A stretch of 33,560 bases of DNA from Candidatus Thorarchaeota archaeon. GTDB lineage: Archaea > Asgardarchaeota > Thorarchaeia > Thorarchaeales > Thorarchaeaceae. The position numbers were made by a program, and so were the translations under genes. Every line of letters begins with the position of its first letter. Within the stretch, counting starts at the first letter, position 1. Location of the stretch: positions 1 through 33,560 of the forward strand of contig JAWOEX010000031.1 of assembly GCA_046482545.1 (NCBI GenBank). Direction: 5' to 3'. Below, piece after piece: positions 27,921 through 33,560 of this stretch. The notes beneath the pieces are model-generated. The model was not told the DNA's origin and made no database searches. It saw only the letters and a list, made by a program, of their open reading frames with translations.

Positions 27921-29015
27921 ATGACCCAAAGACTCAGTGGTAACTATCTCAGTTTGCTTATCGCTCTTCAGGAGGGCCCAATGGACACTCTGGAGGAGCT
28001 TGCAGAAAAAGTAGGCTATTCTCGCACAACCGTATCAAAGTATCTGCAGGAGCTCCAAGGTAAAACGAGTGAAAACGGTCGGCAGTATTTTCGAGTCATT
28101 CCAAATTTGGATGAAGATGCTCTGGGCCTGCAGACCGTGGATGTCTTCATGGAGACATCTAAATTACCTATCATGCGGACTATAGAACATCTTTGTGATG
28201 AACATCCCTACACCAAGTATCGATCCCGCTGCTACGGCCACTATTCAGGTGTATTTGCTCAGTTCCGGGTACCAATTAGCGGAAGTGAGAAAATCAGAAC
28301 GCTACTGGAACAACAACAGCAAGAACTGGGTCTTGATAGCTTTGTCATTCTTCCTACGATGAATACTCAGCCGGTCTTTACAGTATCGAGGCTTGAGCAC
28401 TGGAATGTAGACTCATTCACCTGGGAGTTTGACTGGCAGAACTGGGCCGCACGCAGTCTTGTGGAGACTTCACAACCTAGAAAGAATCCAACAAAAGTAC
28501 GTCTTGACCTCCTCAATAAGAAGGACCTCTATGTTCTTACCAAGCTGGGAATGGGAGCTAGACGAAAACAGATAGAAATCATAAGGGACCTGAAGGAAGA
28601 AGGAGTCGAATTCCGCTCGCAAGAATTTTCGCGGAGATATTCATTGCTCAAAGAATACTTCATCGAGGGTTATCATGTTTTCGTAAATCGCGAGACCTTT
28701 GATTTGTATAGCAATGTTATACTCACCGCACAGTGTTCTAACGAATTTGGAAGAGAATTGCTGGCACGGGTTCAATCATATCCTATTCCTTTCCGTTCCA
28801 CTCTGAAGGTCAAAGATGACTTCATATTCTGGTATCTGAGGCTACCACAGAGTCATCTTTCAAGTCTTCTGAATTACCTACAGCAGAATGTTGACAAACT
28901 GACCGTATCTCTTGTAGACTACATTCAGTCTGAAGTCTACGCTTTGTGGGCAGAAACCTTTGACGAAGACAAGCATCAATGGAAGACTGACGACGAGTTC
29001 ATGATGGTTGCATAG
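27921..29015 (+). CDS. Tandem wHTH / Lrp-AsnC-like transcriptional regulator (364 aa)
   Basis: N-terminal HTH (LEELAEKVGYSRTTVSKYLQEL) plus LGL..V.V; second LNKKD...SRRY..L HTH-like unit; both halves end in a W....W motif. Confidence 0.75.
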   Translation: MTQRLSGNYLSLLIALQEGPMDTLEELAEKVGYSRTTVSKYLQELQGKTSENGRQYFRVIPNLDEDALGLQTVDVFMETSKLPIMRTIEHLCDEHPYTKYRSRCYGHYSGVFAQFRVPISGSEKIRTLLEQQQQELGLDSFVILPTMNTQPVFTVSRLEHWNVDSFTWEFDWQNWAARSLVETSQPRKNPTKVRLDLLNKKDLYVLTKLGMGARRKQIEIIRDLKEEGVEFRSQEFSRRYSLLKEYFIEGYHVFVNRETFDLYSNVILTAQCSNEFGRELLARVQSYPIPFRSTLKVKDDFIFWYLRLPQSHLSSLLNYLQQNVDKLTVSLVDYIQSEVYALWAETFDEDKHQWKTDDEFMMVA

Positions 29016-29101
29016 ATGCGTTTTCGTAACCCAATCTCGGCATAGCGTAACTACTATAGCCTAGTCTTAGCTTCTTGTTATACGGCATGGTGATTCTTAC
29101 A

Positions 29102-30235
29102 GTGATTATCGGATTGCTTGTGAATCCAATAGCAGGTATGGGAGGACGGGTAGGGCTGAAAGGGACCGACGGTGTGGTTGAAGAAGCATTGGAGCGAGGA
29201 GCTGACCCGGTGGCTCCGGGTCGCGCACTGGAATTCTTAGAAGCTTTCCGAGAAAACCTATGGAGCAACTCTTCCGATGACATTGAAGTTTGGGCCTGCC
29301 CTGGAAAAATGGGTGGCGATATGATATCAGAGGTTGGTATTGACCACAACACTATCGACATACAGATACCAGATGATACGACGGCACAAGATACCAAACG
29401 TTGTGTGCCCAAACTCTATGATGTCGGAGTACGATTGCTCGTTTTCGTTGGAGGAGATGGCACCGCTAGGGATATTCTCGACTCAGTAAAAGAATACGAA
29501 CTCGATGACCTCCGAGTCCTTGGTATTCCATCGGGGGTGAAGATGTATAGTGGGGTCTTTGTTGTGAATCCGCGAGAGGCTGTTGAGGTAATCCGACTCG
29601 TTATTGAAGGAACTGGGGGAACAACAGACTTCGAGATAATGGATGCGGATGAAGAAGCTTTCAGAGAAGACGAATTCAACATCAATCTATACGGCTATCT
29701 ATCAGGTCCATCAGTGCCCGCGAAATTCCAAGGGTCAAAGCAAGCAAGTGCTGAAACAGTCAATGAACAAGAAGCAAAGGAAGCAATAGCCCGGTATGTT
29801 GTCGAGACCATGGAAAAGGATGCAACGTATATACTCGGACCCGGTACAACGGTAAAGACGGTCGCGGATTTGCTGGATATCAAAAAGACTGTTCTTGGCG
29901 TTGACATCTATAAGGATGGCAAGATTTACAATGATGTAAACGAATCCAAAATCCTTGCTATCATAGATGATTTTGATAAGTCATGGATAATCGTATCTCC
30001 TATCGGCAATCAGGGTATGCTGTTTGGTCGAGGAAACCAACAGATTAGCCCGGAAATCATCAAACGCGTTGGAAAAGAGCATATAATCGCAATCAGTACC
30101 ACCTCGAAACTGAAAGGTATTGAGGGTGAAGTCCTCAGAGTTGATACTGGCGACAGAGAAGTGGACAAAATGCTACATGGATATATCCGCGTCATCACCG
30201 ATTACAGAGAGATTCGTCTCGTTGAAGTAGAATAG
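29102..30235 (+). CDS. ATP-NAD kinase-like family protein (predicted polyphosphate/ATP-dependent NAD kinase-like, COG3199 type)
   Basis: NPIAGMGGRVGLKGTDG, GGDGTARD, GIPSGVKMYSGVF, GPGTT, SPIGNQG.LFGRGNQQ, VDTGD; start uncertain (29087 or 29102). Confidence 0.9.
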   Translation: MIIGLLVNPIAGMGGRVGLKGTDGVVEEALERGADPVAPGRALEFLEAFRENLWSNSSDDIEVWACPGKMGGDMISEVGIDHNTIDIQIPDDTTAQDTKRCVPKLYDVGVRLLVFVGGDGTARDILDSVKEYELDDLRVLGIPSGVKMYSGVFVVNPREAVEVIRLVIEGTGGTTDFEIMDADEEAFREDEFNINLYGYLSGPSVPAKFQGSKQASAETVNEQEAKEAIARYVVETMEKDATYILGPGTTVKTVADLLDIKKTVLGVDIYKDGKIYNDVNESKILAIIDDFDKSWIIVSPIGNQGMLFGRGNQQISPEIIKRVGKEHIIAISTTSKLKGIEGEVLRVDTGDREVDKMLHGYIRVITDYREIRLVEVE

Positions 30236-30286
30236 GAAAACAAAAGGCTGAAAGAATACTATCAAGAAGAGAACGAGGTATCAATA

Positions 30287-31018
30287 TTGATTGTACTATT
30301 ATCTGATTTCGGTGGCTCACAATATGCAGGAATGATGAAAGGAGTAATTCATACGATTTGCACACAAGCTGAGATTGTGGATTTTACGCATGACATAAGG
30401 CCACATTCCGTACGCGAAGGTGCATGGGTGCTACTCAATGGGTATCACTATTTTCCGCCCCGATCGATTTTTGTCTGTGTTGTCGACCCTGGCGTCGGTA
30501 CTGAGCGTGATGCCGTTTTTGTCAAAACAACGAACTATGTGTTCATTGGTCCAGATAATGGGTTAATGTATCCTGCAGCCCATCATGATATCATTACCCA
30601 AATCTTTCCTATCATTGTTGAAGATGTGCCATCCAGTACATTTCATGGCCGAGACATCTTCGCAAAAATGGGCGCCTATCTGGAAAAGGGGCTCGCTGGC
30701 CGCCACTTAGGCCCACTCAAGGATGATTTCAGCGTTCCCCTCGAATTCTATCTTGAGGGGCGAACAGGGGAAGTAACTCAAATTGACCACTTCGGCAATG
30801 TGGTGACGAACCTACTGCCCGGCGAGAAGAAAGATATGAGGGTCACTGCTGACGGTGTAGACGAGGAAATGAAGTGGGTGCGGACTTTTGAAGAGGGCCC
30901 AGATGATGACCTCTTCCTTGTTACTGGAAGCTGCAACACATTGGAAATCTGTGCGAAGCGTGACAGCGCGTCGGACTCAATTGACTTGGAAGTTGGAGAT
31001 CGGCTTACCATAGAATGA
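30287..31018 (+). CDS. SAM hydroxide adenosyltransferase (chlorinase/fluorinase family, DUF62)
   Basis: LLSDFG, MKGVI, THDI, VVDPGVGT.R, GPDNG, STFHGRDIF, IDHFGNV.TN. Confidence 0.94.
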   Translation: MIVLLSDFGGSQYAGMMKGVIHTICTQAEIVDFTHDIRPHSVREGAWVLLNGYHYFPPRSIFVCVVDPGVGTERDAVFVKTTNYVFIGPDNGLMYPAAHHDIITQIFPIIVEDVPSSTFHGRDIFAKMGAYLEKGLAGRHLGPLKDDFSVPLEFYLEGRTGEVTQIDHFGNVVTNLLPGEKKDMRVTADGVDEEMKWVRTFEEGPDDDLFLVTGSCNTLEICAKRDSASDSIDLEVGDRLTIE

Positions 31019-31212
31019 GCTGTTTTGTCTTGAGTTTCCTATTGCTAGGATGGGAAACCATTCTTTCAAGGGGTCTGCAGGATACCAAAGAGTTATTCTT
31101 ATCGCTAGTTTCATCTCCAACAAACTCAGGTATGGTCAGTCCTGCCAGAAAGTAAATAAGCCCTGTAAAACGTGCGTGAGACTGAGAATAGCCTGAGAGG
31201 TTGAGGTGACCA

Positions 31213-31788
31213 ATGACATTTGATTTTGCTAAAGGCATACAAGAATTCCGCTGGCACGGCAGAGGTGGTCAGGGGGTAGTAACCTCCAACCAGATGCTTG
31301 GAAAAGCAGCTCTGGAAGAAGGTAACTACATTCAGGCCTTTCCGGAATTTGGTCCGGAGCGTACTGGCGCGCCTGTGAGAGCATATTTACGAATTAGTGA
31401 GAAACCCATCCAGATTTACGCTCAAGTATACACACCTAGTGCTGTGGTCTGCATCGATCCGACTCTTCTACAGGTTCTGAATCCCACAGAGGGTTTAGAT
31501 GAAGATGGCACCCTTGTTTTGAACACAGATATGAACCCGGCAGAAGTACGGGACAGATTCGATTTTAGAAAGGGTACTGTAACCACTGTTGATGCAAGCA
31601 CAATTGCTATGGATATCATGGGCCGTCCATTTTACAACATGCCTACGATGGCAGCAGCGATACAGGCTACTGGTGTAGTCAAACTTGAGACTGCGATTAA
31701 GACGGTTATGGAACGTTATCCAGGAAAGGTGGGCGAACTCAACAAGGCTGCAATGGAAAGGGCGGTTGAGGAGGCTGAAACGGAATGA
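31213..31788 (+). CDS. porG: 2-oxoacid (pyruvate):ferredoxin oxidoreductase gamma subunit
   Basis: EFRWHGRGGQGVVT, FGPERTGAPV; GAGGTGA SD at 31203-31209. Confidence 0.95.
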   Translation: MTFDFAKGIQEFRWHGRGGQGVVTSNQMLGKAALEEGNYIQAFPEFGPERTGAPVRAYLRISEKPIQIYAQVYTPSAVVCIDPTLLQVLNPTEGLDEDGTLVLNTDMNPAEVRDRFDFRKGTVTTVDASTIAMDIMGRPFYNMPTMAAAIQATGVVKLETAIKTVMERYPGKVGELNKAAMERAVEEAETE

Positions 31789-32081
31789 GCGAGAAATATG
31801 ACGAAATACCTATGGCAGGAATTGTAGTTCGACCAGGCAATGCGAAAGAATACAAGACTGGTGGTTGGAGAGCCGAGCGACCTGTTCACATTCCGGAGAA
31901 GTGTCTCTGGGTGAAGAACGGTACCTGTGGTCTCTGCTGGATATTCTGTCCAGATGATGCCATCCGCCTTGAGGAACAAGATGGTGAATATGTCCACATC
32001 TATGATTATGACTACTGCAAGGGCTGTGGTATCTGTGCAGAACAATGCCCAGTTGATGCGATAAAGATGGAGAGTGAGTAG
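31785..32081 (+). CDS. porD: 2-oxoacid (pyruvate):ferredoxin oxidoreductase delta subunit (2x[4Fe-4S])
   Basis: KTGGWR, C...CGLCWIFCPD, YDYCKGCGICAEQCP; ATGA overlap with the gamma gene. Confidence 0.95.
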   Translation: MSEKYDEIPMAGIVVRPGNAKEYKTGGWRAERPVHIPEKCLWVKNGTCGLCWIFCPDDAIRLEEQDGEYVHIYDYDYCKGCGICAEQCPVDAIKMESE

Positions 32082-33288
32082 AGTGGCAAGTGTTAAGAGA
32101 ATACCTGATAATCAGATTACGATCGAAGGTCTTACTGGTGATTCAGCAATTGCTCAGGCGCTGAAGCAGTGTGACCTCGATGTTCTCGCTGCATATCCAA
32201 TCACACCTCAGACCATCATCGTAGAAGACTTCCAGAAGTTTGTTGCGAATGGCGAGGTTAATACACGAGTCATTCCGGTTGAATCAGAACATAGCGCTAT
32301 GTCCGCATGTATTGGCGCTTCTTCAGTGGGTGGCAGAGTGGGAACAGCTACCGCATCTGCCGGCTTGGCGCTGATGTGGGAGATACTCTACTGTGCAGCA
32401 TCAATGAGGATGCCTATCGTGCTGAATGTTGCAAACCGAGCTTTGTCGGCTCCCATCAACATCCATAACGACTGGAGCGACAGCTATGGAGCCCGTGACA
32501 GCGGTTTCATTCAGATATACACGAAGAGCTGTCAGGAAGCCTACGATACGACAATTATGGCTTTCAAGCTTGCAGAGGATCACGGTGTGCTTCTACCTGC
32601 AATGGTGTGCATTGATGGGTTCATTCTGAGCCACAATGTGGAGCGTGTGGAGATGCTGCCAACTGAGGCTGTTCATGATTTTCTTGGTACAAGAGAACCA
32701 GTTCTACCACTAGATCCAGACGACCCAATCACAATGGGGCCTCTGGCTTTGACCGACTATTACTTCGAGTTCAAGGAACAGCAGGATGAAGCCATGAAGA
32801 ATGTCCCCAAGGTGTTCAAGAAGGTTGAAGAAGAATTTGAAGAAATGACGGGGCGTTCTTACGGCATGTTCGAGGAATATCGGACCGAGGATGCCGATAT
32901 CGTCATCTTCACTCACAGCACAACTGGCGGTACCGCTAGGGCTGTTGTAGATACTCTCCGAGAGAAGGGTGAAAAAGTGGGTATGCTTCGACTACGGATG
33001 TTCAGGCCATTCCCAACCGAAGAAATTCGAGAAATCCTAACTGGTGCGCAGGCGGTAGCGGTATTTGAGAAGTGTCGTTCGTTCGGTGCGCCGAGCAATC
33101 CTCTGGCTCTTGAAGTGAGGACAGCGCTCTATGACCTCGACGAGAGGCCGATGGTTTGTGACTTCGTTGTCGGATTGGGCGGGCGAGATGTACCACCAAC
33201 CACTATTGTTGAGGGACTGCGAAAGACAGAGGAGTATCTGGAAAAAGGTGAGGCTCCACTTTATGAAACACTGGGGGTGCGTAAGTAA
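32074..33288 (+). CDS. porA: 2-oxoacid (pyruvate):ferredoxin oxidoreductase alpha subunit
   Basis: AYPITPQT, VESEHSA, NRALSAPINIH.D, DGFILSH, FRPFP, GLGGRD. Confidence 0.95.
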   Translation: MSRVASVKRIPDNQITIEGLTGDSAIAQALKQCDLDVLAAYPITPQTIIVEDFQKFVANGEVNTRVIPVESEHSAMSACIGASSVGGRVGTATASAGLALMWEILYCAASMRMPIVLNVANRALSAPINIHNDWSDSYGARDSGFIQIYTKSCQEAYDTTIMAFKLAEDHGVLLPAMVCIDGFILSHNVERVEMLPTEAVHDFLGTREPVLPLDPDDPITMGPLALTDYYFEFKEQQDEAMKNVPKVFKKVEEEFEEMTGRSYGMFEEYRTEDADIVIFTHSTTGGTARAVVDTLREKGEKVGMLRLRMFRPFPTEEIREILTGAQAVAVFEKCRSFGAPSNPLALEVRTALYDLDERPMVCDFVVGLGGRDVPPTTIVEGLRKTEEYLEKGEAPLYETLGVRK

Positions 33289-33560
33289 ATGGCTACGAAA
33301 CTGAAAGATATGTTGAAGACTGATGAGATACTTTCATCTGGGCACAGGATGTGCGCAGGGTGTGCAGCACCGGTTATAGTGAGATTGATGGGACAAGCAC
33401 TTCGAGGCCCGACTATTGTCTGTGAAGCAACAGGGTGTCTTGAGGTTGCAACCACAATCTACCCGTACACCGCATGGAAGATTCCTTGGATACATGTGGC
33501 ATTCGAGAATGCGTCTGCTGTTGCATCTGGCGCCTTCGAAGCTATCGAGGTTATGAGAGA
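33289..33560 (+). CDS. porB: 2-oxoacid (pyruvate):ferredoxin oxidoreductase beta subunit, partial (runs off window)
   Basis: Not in the ORF track. Manual translation gives [25 protein letters not shown]...ATGCLEV...YPYTAW...[13 protein letters not shown]. Confidence 0.94.
   Translation, partial: MATKLKDMLKTDEILSSGHRMCAGCAAPVIVRLMGQALRGPTIVCEATGCLEVATTIYPYTAWKIPWIHVAFENASAVASGAFEAIEVMR

Noticed and set aside
30287-31018. Halogenase (fluorinase/chlorinase) biosynthetic gene
   Set aside because: It retains the Asp/Arg/His motifs (DPGVG..R, TFHGRD) of the widespread DUF62 SAM hydrolase, and there is no natural-product cluster context
378-33455. Numerous 60-160 aa ORFs overlapping larger genes
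   Set aside because: Antisense or alternate-frame shadows of well-supported CDSs with no protein motifs
1-33560. Selenocysteine/pyrrolysine readthrough or SECIS elements
   Set aside because: No recognisable gene is interrupted by an in-frame TGA/TAG, and the intergenic hairpins examined lack a SECIS core

Overview
Gene-dense archaeal chromosomal window, most consistent with an Asgard archaeon (Thorarchaeota-like). This is inferred from a Rab-like small GTPase lacking a prenylation tail, archaeal-type TrmI, PyrF, GlmM and porGDAB, and several helical or membrane hypotheticals. It carries about 33 genes: housekeeping enzymes (epimerase, FGGY kinase, LarA-family racemase/epimerase, TrmI, NUDIX, PyrF, PLP aminotransferase, GlmM/PMM, SDR, two alpha/beta hydrolases, NAD-kinase-like, SAM hydroxide adenosyltransferase, POR operon) and a secreted S8 protease with a 300-bp tandem Ig-like duplication. 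There are two stand-outs. (1) An apparently complete bacillithiol-type biosynthesis cluster (bshC-bshA and a divergent bshB-like gene, with glmM nearby), whose BshC is divergent and carries a Cys4 zinc-ribbon-like segment. (2) A small coiled-coil / Pro-Ala-rich protein ending in a motif resembling the Ena/VASP F-actin-binding (FAB)/WH2 helix. No tRNA, rRNA, CRISPR array or mobile element could be supported. All family calls come from motif recognition by eye; no searches were run.
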